A DNA stretch of 64,000 bases. Origin: Candidatus Latescibacterota bacterium (GTDB taxonomy: Bacteria > Latescibacterota > UBA2968 > UBA8231). The notes below the pieces were generated by a model. That model was not told where the DNA came from and ran no database searches. It was given only the letters and a program-made list of their open reading frames with translations. Of this stretch, positions 49,101-58,528 are shown in pieces (the first letter of the stretch is position 1; every line of letters begins with the position of its first letter). The stretch spans positions 5,568,001-5,632,000 of the forward strand of contig OZ244561.1 of NCBI GenBank assembly GCA_965217585.1, given 5' to 3'. A program made the translations under genes and the position numbers.

Positions 49101-51325
49101 TATTCCGTCCTGCCATGACCATCCGGCTGGCTGAGGAGAGGCGCGGCTTTGCCAACGCCGACTTTGCACCGCTCGATCTCCACTACAAGGGGCAGGTACT
49201 GCAGATCCACGTGATGGCGGAATTCGCGGAGCGGGGCCTCGACGACATGGCCGATGCTCTGCATCTGGCCATTGAGTACTTCAGCCTGAAGCAGGAGGAT
49301 TTCCTTCGCCGTTGGCTGCCAGATCGGGACAAGGAGACTGAGCGGCAGACTACGCCCGAATCGTGGCGAGCCATCGTCGAAAGCCTGAAGAATCCCATCC
49401 AGCAACGCATCGTCGCCGATGATCGGGAGCAGACAAACGTGTTGGTGCTCGCCGGTCCCGGCTCCGGCAAGACGCGAGTGCTAGTGCATCGTATCGCCTA
49501 CTTGGTACGCGCAAGGCGCGAGAATCCCCGAGGCATCTTGGCTTTGGCCTACAACCGGCACGCAGCGGTCGAAATCCGGCGACGCCTCATGGATTTGATC
49601 GGCAACGACGCTCGCGGAGTAACCGTGCTTACTTGCCACGCGCTGGCCATGCGGCTGGTCGGCGTCAGCTTCCAAGAACGAGAAAGGCGGCAGCTTGACG
49701 ACGCTACATTCCTGGAGGTGTTGCGCCAAGCAGTGGCGCTGTTGCGCGGCGAGGGGCTGGAGCCGGAGGAAGCGGACGATCAGCGGGAACGGCTCCTCGC
49801 GGGTTTCCGCTGGATACTCGTGGATGAATACCAAGACATCGGTGCGGATCAATACGAGTTGATATCGGCCTTGGCCGGCCGGACCCTAAATGATGAGGAT
49901 CGCAAGCTCACTCTCTTCGTAGTAGGCGACGACGACCAGAACATTTACGCCTTCAACGGTGCTTCGGTGGAGTTCATCCGTCGTTTCGAAGCGGATTACG
50001 GTCCAAAGCCCACCTACCTGATTGACAACTACCGGTCCACCGGCCACATCATCGCAGCGGCCAATGCGTTGATCGAGCCTGCTCGACAACGGATGAAGAC
50101 TGGACATCCCATTAGCATCGACCGGGCGCGTACGAAGAATCCGCCTGGCGGCGACTGGTGTGAGCTGGATTCGGTCGCTCAAGGTCGGGTGCAGACTCTG
50201 CCGGCGCGGCGCGATCCAATCTCGCAAGCGCGAGTTGCGATGACAGAGTTGCAGCGCCTCGCCACCCTCTCGCCGGACTGGGACTGGTCCACATGCGCGG
50301 TGATCGCACGCGAATGGAAGTATCTGGATCCGGTACGCGCATTCTGCGAACTTCATCGTATCCCGGTGCAGATGGGGAACGAAGAAATCCCGAGCTTCTG
50401 GCATCTGCGTGAGACCCGGACATTTGTTGAATGGCTGCGTGGACGAGATCCCCGCTTGGTGGACGGTGAGGATTTGAGCGAGTGGCTGGATGCATGTCCT
50501 CCAGGGCTTTGGATTGATCTGCTGCGGCAAGCCGTGGACGAGTACGCCTTGGAAACCGGCGGCGCGGAAGTGCCGGTGGACCACCTCATCGAGTGGCTGG
50601 CCGAGTGGGGGCGAGATGTACGCCGCCGCCAGCGCGGGCTCTTGCTGTTGACCGCGCACCGCGCCAAGGGATTGGAGTTCGACCACGTGGCCGTGCTCGA
50701 CGGAGGCTGGGACAAAGTCGACAAGGGCGAAGACCCGGACGCGCCGCGCAGGCTCTACTACGTGGCCATGACGCGCGCCCGGCAGACCCTTGCGCTCGTG
50801 CGTTTTCAGGGATCGCGCCGCGCAGGAGGTCCCGCGCGCCCGAATTTCGTAAGGGAGCCTGAACCCCCGGTGTACTCGGGGCGCTTGCACTCGCTACCGT
50901 ATGCCTTTCCGAACAACGGCTCGGTTCTGCACCGCACATCCGGTGGCTTGCAGCCGGAAACCCTAGAACTCGCACATCAATATCGGCGGCCCAGTCTGCG
51001 CGAGGTCAATCTGGGATTTGCAGGGCGTCGCCACGCCAACCATCCGGTGCATCGTGCGATTGCCGCTCTGTCGCCCGGCGATCAGCTAGAAACGCGGATT
51101 GCCAAAACTGGACCTTGGGAATTGCTGGACCGGTCGGGGATAGTGGTGGGGCGTCTTGCCCAAGCGTTTGAACCCCCACCGGGAACGCGGTGCAGGTCCG
51201 CCACGGTCTTCGCCGTCGTGGCTTGGAGCCGCGAAGCGTCGGAGTCTCAGTACCGGGACAGCATGAAATGCGATGATTGGGAGGTAGTGGTGCCGGAGCT
51301 AGTGTTTGAGCCGGAGGGCGAATAA
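46154..51325 (+). CDS. 3'-5' exonuclease-like / RecQ (SF2) / UvrD (SF1) fusion protein
   Basis: SLDLEV, GHNLINFD; LPTGTGKS, DEAHC, ATNAFGMGIDK, QEAGRAGRD; AGPGSGKT, VDEYQD, NYRS, TAHRAKGLEFD, YVAMTRA. Confidence 0.92.
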   Translation: MDPSLSSRCLSLDLEVGKQDHRIHAFAAVRPNVDQPLVFQGDDLAAALAELDDFADGADFLLGHNLINFDLHHLRAAKPDLRLLGLPTVDTLRLNPLAFPRNPYHHLVKHYQDGQLKRGRINDPAQDAQLALDVFDDQQTALRDAPLGLLAAWHWLTGTGPDGAGFDAVFDAIRSKLRPTDAAANARIRERLAGIACQNRGRDVLENAAQSGWPLAYALAWLSVAGGNSVMPPWVRHQFPEAGKLVRRLRDMPCGEADCDWCRERHDPHKELKRWFGFDDFRPEPLSADGRPMQQLIVEAAMAGEHVLGILPTGTGKSLCYQIPALSRYDKTGALTVVISPLVALMADQVAGLRKQDIDCCVTINGMLSMPERAEALDQVRLGDAGILIISPEQLRSTAVRRALDQREIGAWVLDEAHCLSKWGHDFRPDYRYVGRFIREKAGQAPIPPVLCLTATAKPDVVADIGQHFGDELGIELEVFDGGAHRTNLEFTVVPTTGGEKFAHIHQILMDDLPPDTPDGAIVYCATQRQTEEVAEFLQDKEIAADYFHSKLPPETKKSVQQRFIGGELRVIAATNAFGMGIDKPDVRLVIHADIPGSIENYMQEAGRAGRDRQTARCVLLYVTDDVDRQFFMSARSRLTRREIHGVLRALRNLDRKKRLSGEVVATAGEILGEDEEKVFERDSATDDTRVRTAIAWLEEAVLLTREENRVQVFPSSLRVDSVKEARGRLAKAAVTDDCRRRLLRIAETLIDADPDEGISTDDLMGVSGLSAEGVRGALYDLERLGIASNDTALTAFVHAGVERNSRKRFDEAAELETALIAQMREAAPDMGKGDTSPLHLRVAAQTLRDAGVADPLPERLRRILRSIARDGRGEEGGTGSIGMQQRDVETVQVTLRREWSDLEELASRRREGAKRLLDHLLTCLPPGSRGTDLLAETTLGKLLEAITSDLFLKSRNPERLLDRALLWLHEQEVIRLHKGLAVFRPAMTIRLAEERRGFANADFAPLDLHYKGQVLQIHVMAEFAERGLDDMADALHLAIEYFSLKQEDFLRRWLPDRDKETERQTTPESWRAIVESLKNPIQQRIVADDREQTNVLVLAGPGSGKTRVLVHRIAYLVRARRENPRGILALAYNRHAAVEIRRRLMDLIGNDARGVTVLTCHALAMRLVGVSFQERERRQLDDATFLEVLRQAVALLRGEGLEPEEADDQRERLLAGFRWILVDEYQDIGADQYELISALAGRTLNDEDRKLTLFVVGDDDQNIYAFNGASVEFIRRFEADYGPKPTYLIDNYRSTGHIIAAANALIEPARQRMKTGHPISIDRARTKNPPGGDWCELDSVAQGRVQTLPARRDPISQARVAMTELQRLATLSPDWDWSTCAVIAREWKYLDPVRAFCELHRIPVQMGNEEIPSFWHLRETRTFVEWLRGRDPRLVDGEDLSEWLDACPPGLWIDLLRQAVDEYALETGGAEVPVDHLIEWLAEWGRDVRRRQRGLLLLTAHRAKGLEFDHVAVLDGGWDKVDKGEDPDAPRRLYYVAMTRARQTLALVRFQGSRRAGGPARPNFVREPEPPVYSGRLHSLPYAFPNNGSVLHRTSGGLQPETLELAHQYRRPSLREVNLGFAGRRHANHPVHRAIAALSPGDQLETRIAKTGPWELLDRSGIVVGRLAQAFEPPPGTRCRSATVFAVVAWSREASESQYRDSMKCDDWEVVVPELVFEPEGE

Positions 51326-51475
51326 TCCGCCGATGATACGACTCGTATTGCCCTCGCTGCGGAGGTTGTGTCCAATCGCATTCGCGCCGCGTGGTCCTCG
51401 TCGGTGCAAGTTGACAGCCTGCACGGGAACAGCCTTATTTGCGCGCGCTAACCAACAGCCAAAGGAGCCTGAAAA

Positions 51476-52027
51476 ATGCCGGATGTAATCGTCGTCGGAG
51501 ATGGGCCGGGCGGATTGAGCGCCGCGCTCTTCCTGGCCAAAAACGACATGAGCGTCACCGTCTTTGGCCAAGACAAGACCCTGATGCACAAGGCCATGCT
51601 GTACAATTATTTGGGCATTCCCAAGATCGCCGGACCCGAGTTCCAGCAGATCGGCCGCGGGCAGGTGCGCGGCTTTGGCGGGGAAGTTCAGGACGTCGAA
51701 GTCAGCCGCGTCGAAAAGGGCGAGGGGGGCTTTGTCGTTGAGACCGCCGATGGCCAAAGCCACCAAGCCCAATATCTGATCTTGGCTACCGGGCCGAGCA
51801 ATCCGCTGGCCGACGGCCTAGGCGTGGCCAAAGAAGCCGACGGGTTGGCGGCCGACCGCCATGGTCGCACCTCGGTCGAAGGGCTATACGTCATTGGCTG
51901 GAGCACCCGCCTGAAGAAGATCCAGGCCATTATCTCCGCCGGCGACGGGGCCTGCGCCGCGCTGGACATCCTCTCGGCCAAGGCCGGCGAGGACATCCAC
52001 GACTTCGACCTGATCGAAGACGAGTAG
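51476..52027 (+). CDS. small FAD-dependent oxidoreductase (thioredoxin-reductase-like, no CxxC/NADPH domain)
   Basis: VVGDGPGGLSAA, NYLG, ILATG, TSVEGLY, QAIISAGDG. Confidence 0.85.
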   Translation: MPDVIVVGDGPGGLSAALFLAKNDMSVTVFGQDKTLMHKAMLYNYLGIPKIAGPEFQQIGRGQVRGFGGEVQDVEVSRVEKGEGGFVVETADGQSHQAQYLILATGPSNPLADGLGVAKEADGLAADRHGRTSVEGLYVIGWSTRLKKIQAIISAGDGACAALDILSAKAGEDIHDFDLIEDE

Positions 52028-52028
52028 G

Positions 52029-52991
52029 CTACAGCGAGACGACGCGCCCTTCTATGGCGGATTGGGTCGCCGCGAGGGTCACGGCTAAGGTCTTGACCGC
52101 CTCTGAGTAGGGGCAGCGGATACCCGTGGCATCGCCGGTTTGCACGGCTTGGAGAAAGGCGCGATCCTCGGCTTGCGTTGGGTTGTTGCCCTGTTCGATG
52201 ACTTCCCGGCCGCTGGGCCGGTCGATGGTGAGCGCGCCGGATGTGATGCGCAGGACTTGGTTTTTTTGGTAGAGATCCAAGCCTACGTGCCCGCCTGTGG
52301 CGAGCATACAGGCCGAGGTGATGCTGGCCACCGCGCCGCTGTGGAAGCGGAGATTGGTGACAGAGGCGTCGTGGACATCGTAGTTTGGGACGTCTGCCAT
52401 CAGGCCGGTGCGCGCCATGGCGTGGACGCTCTCCACCTCTCCGAGCAGGTAGCGGGCCAAGTCGAAAATGTGCGTGGTTTGCTCGACGATCTGGCCGCCG
52501 CTCTCGGCCAACACCCGCCACCAAGACACCCCGGGCATGCCACCGGTCCAAGCACCGAGGGCAAAACCCACCGGCTCGTCGCCGATGCATTCGCTCGCTT
52601 TGGCGGTCGTATCCATATAGCGCCAGTGATAGCCCACAGCGCTGATCAGGTCTTGGCGGCGGATGGCCGCTTCAACGGTGTGGGCTTGTTGTAGGGAAGT
52701 CGCCACGGGTTTTTCCACGAAAATGGGCAAGCCGCGCTCAATGGCCGCCAGTTCGGGCTGCGCGTGGGCAAAAGGCGGCAGGCAGATATAAACCGCGTCC
52801 AGTGCCTCGCTGTCGTACAGAGTCTCATAGTGGCTGTAGGCTTTGCCGCCGTATTCGCTGGCTGCGGCTAGCGCCTTTTCCTCGACCACGTCGCAAAAGG
52901 CAACAAGCTTGGCCTCGTCGAGTTGGGCGAGGGTGCGTAGGTGGTGGTTGGCGATGCCGCCGGTGCCGACAAAGCCGATTCTGACCGTCAT
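52029..52991 (-). CDS. Gfo/Idh/MocA oxidoreductase
   Basis: GFVGTGGIA, FVEKP, GGQIVEQTTH. Confidence 0.9.
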   Translation of the reverse strand: MTVRIGFVGTGGIANHHLRTLAQLDEAKLVAFCDVVEEKALAAASEYGGKAYSHYETLYDSEALDAVYICLPPFAHAQPELAAIERGLPIFVEKPVATSLQQAHTVEAAIRRQDLISAVGYHWRYMDTTAKASECIGDEPVGFALGAWTGGMPGVSWWRVLAESGGQIVEQTTHIFDLARYLLGEVESVHAMARTGLMADVPNYDVHDASVTNLRFHSGAVASITSACMLATGGHVGLDLYQKNQVLRITSGALTIDRPSGREVIEQGNNPTQAEDRAFLQAVQTGDATGIRCPYSEAVKTLAVTLAATQSAIEGRVVSL

Positions 52992-53071
52992 AGCGACCTC
53001 CTTTTAGCAGAAAATTCAATGATGGGCAAGGTGTTATACAGCGCGGCGCAGCCGCTGTCAAGCTGAGTACC

Positions 53072-54577
53072 ATGGCTGGACAGGATCGACAGGGTGGACG
53101 AGGTCGGCTGACCCGCAAGATCGGCGTCGTGGCCGCTGGGCGCGCGGTCGATACCCTCAGCATCATTGCGGTCAATGTGATGGCCGCCCACGCTTGGTCC
53201 CCAGAGGAATGCGGGCTGTTTGGGGCCGTCTGGGTGCTGGGCAGAGCGCTGATCCCGGTGTTTTTGTTCGGGCTGCCCCAAAGCCTGCTCTACTTTTTCC
53301 CCCGCCTAAAAGAACCCCGCCTACTCGCTGGTCAAGTGTTGGGCTGCCTGTCGCTGTCTGGCGTGGCGTTGACCGGGTGCCTGCTCTTGTGGGGGCCGCT
53401 CTTGGCCGGTGTGCTGGTGCAAGAGGCCGGCGATAGCGAGCAGGTCGCCGCGTACGTGCTGCCGTTTCTGCCCTATCTCTTTGCGATGATCGCCGCCGGT
53501 GGGGCCGAAGCCGCCTTAGTCGCAGCCGACCGCGAACACTACTTGGCGTGGCTGCAACTGGTGGCTAGCGGTGGCTTGCTCGCCGGAGCGTGGCTGGGCC
53601 TGAGTTGGGGCTGGATGCCCGCGCAGGTACTGCTGCTGTTTTCCGGGGTGGGTGTGGCGCGCTTGCTAGCCGCGTGTGGGTTGGTGCGGCAGGCACTAGG
53701 GGGCGGAAGCTGGTGGCGTTGGGCAGGGCTTGGCGAGTTGATACGCTATGCACGGCCCATTGGGCTGAACGACGCGATGGGGACGCTCTCGCGCAATGTG
53801 GATCGCTTTGTAGTCCTGTACTTCTTCGCGGCCGGCACCTTTGCCGAATACCATTTCGGGGCCATTGAGGTGCCGATCAGCCTGCTGCTGTCGTCGGTGA
53901 CAGCCGTGTTGATCCCGGAGGTCAGTCGGCTCTTTCAGGTGGGCCAGCTCCGCGAGATACTGGCGCTGTGGCAGCGCGCGGTCTCGCGCTTGGCCCTGTT
54001 GGTGTTGCCGCTGTCGGCCTTCCTGCTCGCTTTTGCCGGGCCGCTGATCGGCTGGCTCTTCCCGGAATACGACCGCTCGGCTTGGGTCTTCCGCATCTAT
54101 CTATTGGTGCTGCCACTGCGCTGCGCCGCGTACAATCCGCTGCTGGTGGGCATGGGCAAGGCCCGCTGGGTGCTGTGGGGTAGCGTGGGGGATCTGTGCT
54201 GCAATATCGGCTTGAGCTTGGCGTTGATTGGGTACTTACAGGCGGCGCACCCCGAGTGGGCCTTCCTCGGCCCGGCCGTAGCCACCACCCTGGTGACGTA
54301 CTTGCAGGTGGCCTTCTTGTTGGCGGCTATTGGTTGGCACTTGCGCTGTGGCTGGCACCGGCTTCTGCCTTGGGGCCGCCTGCTGAGGATCGGCGCGGGA
54401 GCCGGGGTGGCCGCCGTGGTTAGCCGCTGGGTTAGCGCGGGCTTAGGTGGCGACTTTTTGCAGGTAACTGTAGGGGGGATGTGCTTTGCGGTACTGGTAG
54501 CCGTTTTGGCTTGGGCCCATCCGCAGGACCGCGCGGAACTGACCCACACTTGGCGGGCGTTGACGCGGATGCGCTAG
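53072..54577 (+). CDS. Wzx-like polysaccharide flippase (MATE/PST family)
   Basis: Many TM segments, VDRFVV, VLIPEVSR. Confidence 0.8.
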   Translation: MAGQDRQGGRGRLTRKIGVVAAGRAVDTLSIIAVNVMAAHAWSPEECGLFGAVWVLGRALIPVFLFGLPQSLLYFFPRLKEPRLLAGQVLGCLSLSGVALTGCLLLWGPLLAGVLVQEAGDSEQVAAYVLPFLPYLFAMIAAGGAEAALVAADREHYLAWLQLVASGGLLAGAWLGLSWGWMPAQVLLLFSGVGVARLLAACGLVRQALGGGSWWRWAGLGELIRYARPIGLNDAMGTLSRNVDRFVVLYFFAAGTFAEYHFGAIEVPISLLLSSVTAVLIPEVSRLFQVGQLREILALWQRAVSRLALLVLPLSAFLLAFAGPLIGWLFPEYDRSAWVFRIYLLVLPLRCAAYNPLLVGMGKARWVLWGSVGDLCCNIGLSLALIGYLQAAHPEWAFLGPAVATTLVTYLQVAFLLAAIGWHLRCGWHRLLPWGRLLRIGAGAGVAAVVSRWVSAGLGGDFLQVTVGGMCFAVLVAVLAWAHPQDRAELTHTWRALTRMR

Positions 54578-54861
54578 GCACTGAGAAGGGCGCTGGCGAT
54601 TTCCTCCCATTCTTCGGGCAGCGACGCCTCGCTGTGCGGCTTGTGCGCCCGCCGGTACCAATAGCCGGCGTTGCTTTCGTCGCCCTCGACCCGGTGTAAA
54701 TAAGCGTGGACCCAAGCTCCGGTAGGGTCGGGTGCTTGTTGGGCTAGCTCGTGGGCTTTATCCCATTGGCCCTTGGCCTCGTACCAGAGTGCTTGCAGGG
54801 CGTGGGAGGTCGCCGGTGGGGTCTGTTCTTGCAGGCTCAGTTTGAAGGCTTTGAGGTCCAT
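54574..54861 (-). CDS. conserved hypothetical protein
   Basis: ALWYEAKGQWDKAH..WVHAYLHRVEGDESNAGYWYRRA. Confidence 0.8.
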   Translation of the reverse strand: MDLKAFKLSLQEQTPPATSHALQALWYEAKGQWDKAHELAQQAPDPTGAWVHAYLHRVEGDESNAGYWYRRAHKPHSEASLPEEWEEIASALLSA

Positions 54862-55008
54862 AATGGTAGGCTCCAGTCGTCGTGTGTCCCTTAATATAGG
54901 CTATCTCGGCGCGGCTATCCACCGGCGCGCACGTCTTGCCAAAAAAGCGCGGCAATCTCTATATTTAGAGCCTTTAACTTGATACGAAACAAGGAATTGG
55001 GCAAAGAT

Positions 55009-56301
55009 ATGTCAGTAGGAGTGGGCTTGATCGGTTTGGGCACGGTCGGCAGCGGCGTGGTCGAGCTGTTGCAGGACGTGCCCGCGTCGCTGCGGCGGCG
55101 CAAGCAGGTGGATTTTGCATTGCAATGCGTGGCCGTGCGCGACTTGGCCAAGCCGCGCAGCCCCGCCTTGGCACCGGAGCTTTTGACCACGGACGCCAGC
55201 GCAGTCGTGGCCAACCCGGATGTGCAACTGGTGGTGGAATTGACAGGCGCTCCCCCGGCCTTTGAGTGGGTGAGCGAGGCCCTGCGGCAGGGCAAGGATG
55301 TGGTGACGGCCAACAAGGCCCTGCTCGCCGAGCGAGGTGAGGAGCTTTTTGCACTGGCGCTGGCCAATGGGGCAGATTTGATGTTTGAAGCCAGCGTCGC
55401 GGCCGGCATCCCCATCATCCGCTCGTTGCGCAACGGCTTGGTGGCCAATCGCGTCGAGTCCCTGTACGGCATTCTCAACGGCACCACCAACTACATGCTC
55501 ACGCGCATGAGTCGCGGCGCGGGCGACTACGCCGACGTTCTCAAAGAAGCTCAAGACCAAGGCTATGCCGAGCCGGACCCGACCATGGACGTGAGCGGTA
55601 TGGACGCCGCGCAGAAGTTGGCCATCCTCTGTCGTATTGCCTTTCACTGCACGGGCACGGGCCGCGACGTGTTTTGCGAGGGGATTGAGCAAATCGAGAG
55701 TCGGGACATTGAATACGCCCGCGAGTTGGGGTATGCGATCAAGCTGCTGGCCATTGCCAAGCAGCAGGACGGGCGCGTCGAGGCCCGGGTGCATCCGGCC
55801 ATGGTGCCGGAGGACGCGCTGTTGGCCAACATCCACGACGAATTCAACGCCATCCAGGTGCAGGGGTCTGCGGTGGGGCCGCAAGTATTTTCCGGTCGCG
55901 GCGCCGGGCGGCTACCCACGGCCAGCGCGGTGGTGGCGGATATGGTCGAACTAGTCGAGCGCAAGGCCGCCGGAGCCAGCACGTCCATCGGCGACATGAT
56001 CTTGGGCGAGGACGCCGCCGCGGTCGTGTCCATTGAGGACGTGCAGATGCGCTACTTCATGCGCGTCTTAGTCCGCGACCAGCCCGGGGTGCTCGCGGGT
56101 ATCGCACGCATCTTGGCCGAGGAGCGCATCAGCATTGCCTCGGTCATCCAAAAGGAGCGCGACTTCGAGGGCGGCTCGGTGCCGCTGGTCATCGTCACCC
56201 ACGAAGCGCGTGAAGCCGCGATGCAGCGGGCGCAGCAGGCCGTGGCCGCACTCGATGCGGTGCAGGGGTCGGTCAAACTCATCCGCATGGAGGATCTCTA
56301 G
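55009..56301 (+). CDS. hom: homoserine dehydrogenase with C-terminal ACT domain
   Basis: GLGTVGSG, VTANK, EASVAAGIP, GILNGTTN, GYAEPDP, DQPGVLA. Confidence 0.96.
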   Translation: MSVGVGLIGLGTVGSGVVELLQDVPASLRRRKQVDFALQCVAVRDLAKPRSPALAPELLTTDASAVVANPDVQLVVELTGAPPAFEWVSEALRQGKDVVTANKALLAERGEELFALALANGADLMFEASVAAGIPIIRSLRNGLVANRVESLYGILNGTTNYMLTRMSRGAGDYADVLKEAQDQGYAEPDPTMDVSGMDAAQKLAILCRIAFHCTGTGRDVFCEGIEQIESRDIEYARELGYAIKLLAIAKQQDGRVEARVHPAMVPEDALLANIHDEFNAIQVQGSAVGPQVFSGRGAGRLPTASAVVADMVELVERKAAGASTSIGDMILGEDAAAVVSIEDVQMRYFMRVLVRDQPGVLAGIARILAEERISIASVIQKERDFEGGSVPLVIVTHEAREAAMQRAQQAVAALDAVQGSVKLIRMEDL

Positions 56302-56302
56302 C

Positions 56303-57493
56303 GTGCGCTACATCGTATTGGTGCCCGATGGGGCGGCGGACTATCCGCTCGATGAACTGGGCGGGCAGACCCCGTTGGAGGCGGCCGCCACGCCCTGCAT
56401 GGATCGCTTGGCCCGCGAGGGGACTGGGGGGTTGGTGCAGATGATCCCGGCGCAGCGGCATCCAGGCAGCGATATCGGCAACCTCGAAATTTTCGGCTAC
56501 GACAGCCGGGTACACTACACGGGTCGCGCGCCGTTGGAAGCAGCGAGCATGGGCGTCGATCTGGGCGACGACGGGGTGGCCTTCCGCCTGAACCTGATCT
56601 ACGGAGAAGGCGACGTGCTGGTCGATTACAGCGCCGGCCACATCGCCAGCGAAGAAGCGGCCGAACTGGTAGATGCCTTGGCGGCCGAGTTGGGGGGACC
56701 GTCGTTGCGCTTCTATCCCGGGGTGGGCTATCGCCATTTGCTGGTGTGGGAGCGCGGTCCGGAAGAAGTGGAAACCTATCCGCCGCACGACATCATGGGC
56801 GAGTCCATGGCCGCGCATGAGCCTACGGGTGCCGGGGCCGAGAAAATCCGCGCGCTCATGGACGCGGCTGGCCCCATTCTCGCAGCCTCGCCGGTCAATG
56901 CAGCCCGCTCCGCTCGCGGGGAGCGGCCGGCCAACGCGATATGGCTCTGGGGATCCGGGCGCGCGCTGCGCTTGACACCCTTGTCGGCGCGCTATGGGTT
57001 GCAGGGTGGCGTTATCTCGGCCGTTGACTTGGTGCGCGGGATCGGCAAGAGCGCGGGCTTAGAGGTCATCGACGTGCCCGGTATCACCGGGTATCTCGAC
57101 ACCAACTACGAGGGCAAGGCCGAATACGCGCTGGCGACCTTGCAGCGCGCCGATTTTGTCTATGTCCACGTCGAGGCCCCGGACGAAGCCGGGCACAACG
57201 GCGATCCGCAGGCCAAGGTGCAGGCCATTGAGGATTTTGACGGCCGCGTCGTCGGCCCGATCTTGGCGGGGCTAGAATCGATGGGGCCGCATCGGGTGCT
57301 GCTTACCCCGGACCACCGCACGCCCATTGTGCGGCGCACCCACAGCCGCGAGCCAGTGCCCTTTGCGCTATGGGGAACGGGGATTGCAGCCGACTCGATG
57401 CAAGCCTATGGAGAGCGGGCGGCTGAGTGGGGTAGTATGCAGGTAGAACGCGGACATGTATTGATGGATTATCTCACGAGGGAATACAAGTGA
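56303..57493 (+). CDS. apgM: cofactor-independent phosphoglycerate mutase (ApgM-type)
   Basis: VPDGAAD, TPLEAA, PGSDIGN, HVEAPDEAGH, PDHRTP. GTG start 56303. Confidence 0.88.
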   Translation: MRYIVLVPDGAADYPLDELGGQTPLEAAATPCMDRLAREGTGGLVQMIPAQRHPGSDIGNLEIFGYDSRVHYTGRAPLEAASMGVDLGDDGVAFRLNLIYGEGDVLVDYSAGHIASEEAAELVDALAAELGGPSLRFYPGVGYRHLLVWERGPEEVETYPPHDIMGESMAAHEPTGAGAEKIRALMDAAGPILAASPVNAARSARGERPANAIWLWGSGRALRLTPLSARYGLQGGVISAVDLVRGIGKSAGLEVIDVPGITGYLDTNYEGKAEYALATLQRADFVYVHVEAPDEAGHNGDPQAKVQAIEDFDGRVVGPILAGLESMGPHRVLLTPDHRTPIVRRTHSREPVPFALWGTGIAADSMQAYGERAAEWGSMQVERGHVLMDYLTREYK

Positions 57494-58512
57494 CCGACAC
57501 GTACAACGTAGCTATTATGGGCGCGACTGGCGCCGTAGGGCAGGTGCTGTTAGAAATACTCGCCGAGCGCGACTTTCCCGTCGGCGAGCTGCGGCTGTTG
57601 GCCTCGGCCCGCTCGGCTGGGCGCGCCATTCCCTTTAACGGCGGCTCGATTCAGGTACAGGAGCTGGGGGCGGATTCTTTTGCCGGCGTGGATATCGTCT
57701 TGGCCTCGGCCGGGGGCAGCTTGAGCAAGCGGTTTAACCCGCACGCGGTGGCGGCGGGCGCGGTGGTCGTCGATAATACGTCGGCCTATCGCATGGACCC
57801 GGACGTGCCGCTGGTAGTGCCTGAGATCAACCCCGAGGACTTGGCGGCACACCGCGGCATCATCGCCAATCCGAATTGTTCGACGATCATCATGGACGTG
57901 GTGGTCTGGCCGCTCTATCAGCGGCGGCGGATCAAGCGCATCGTGGTCTCGACCTATCAGGCCGTCAGTGGCGCGGGGGCACGGGCCATGCGGGAGCTAG
58001 AGACGCAGACGCGGCAGGTGCTCGCCGGGCAGCCGGCCGAGCCGGCTGAATTTCTGCACCCGATCGCCTTTAATTTATTTTCGCACGATTCGGCTGTCGG
58101 GCCGGAGGGGTATTGCGAAGAAGAGCTGAAAATGGTGCGCGAGACCCGCAAGATGTTCCACGATGACGCGCTGCAGATCTCGGCCACGACCATTCGCGTG
58201 CCCGTACTGCGGGCGCATTCCGAGGCGATCAACGTGGAGTTTGCCTCGCCCTTTCCGGCTGCCGAGGCCGAAGCTATCTTGGCGCAGGCCGCAGGTGTGC
58301 GGATCGTGGATGATCCCGCGCAGAACCATTTCCCCATGCCGATTGAGGCCTCCGGCTGCGACGAGGTGCTGGTCGGGCGCATTCGCCAGGATATTTCGCG
58401 GCCCGAAGGGACCGGGCTGGACTTGTGGGTCAGCGGCGATCAGTTGCGCAAGGGAGCGGCCCTAAACGCCGTGCAAATCGCCGAGGAGCTCATCGCGCGA
58501 AAATTGTTATAA
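57490..58512 (+). CDS. asd: aspartate-semialdehyde dehydrogenase
   Basis: GATGAVG, DNTSAYR, NPNCST, YQAVSGAG, DQLRKGAALNA. Confidence 0.96.
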   Translation: MTDTYNVAIMGATGAVGQVLLEILAERDFPVGELRLLASARSAGRAIPFNGGSIQVQELGADSFAGVDIVLASAGGSLSKRFNPHAVAAGAVVVDNTSAYRMDPDVPLVVPEINPEDLAAHRGIIANPNCSTIIMDVVVWPLYQRRRIKRIVVSTYQAVSGAGARAMRELETQTRQVLAGQPAEPAEFLHPIAFNLFSHDSAVGPEGYCEEELKMVRETRKMFHDDALQISATTIRVPVLRAHSEAINVEFASPFPAAEAEAILAQAAGVRIVDDPAQNHFPMPIEASGCDEVLVGRIRQDISRPEGTGLDLWVSGDQLRKGAALNAVQIAEELIARKLL

Positions 58513-58528
58513 CGAGGGAGAAACCGCC

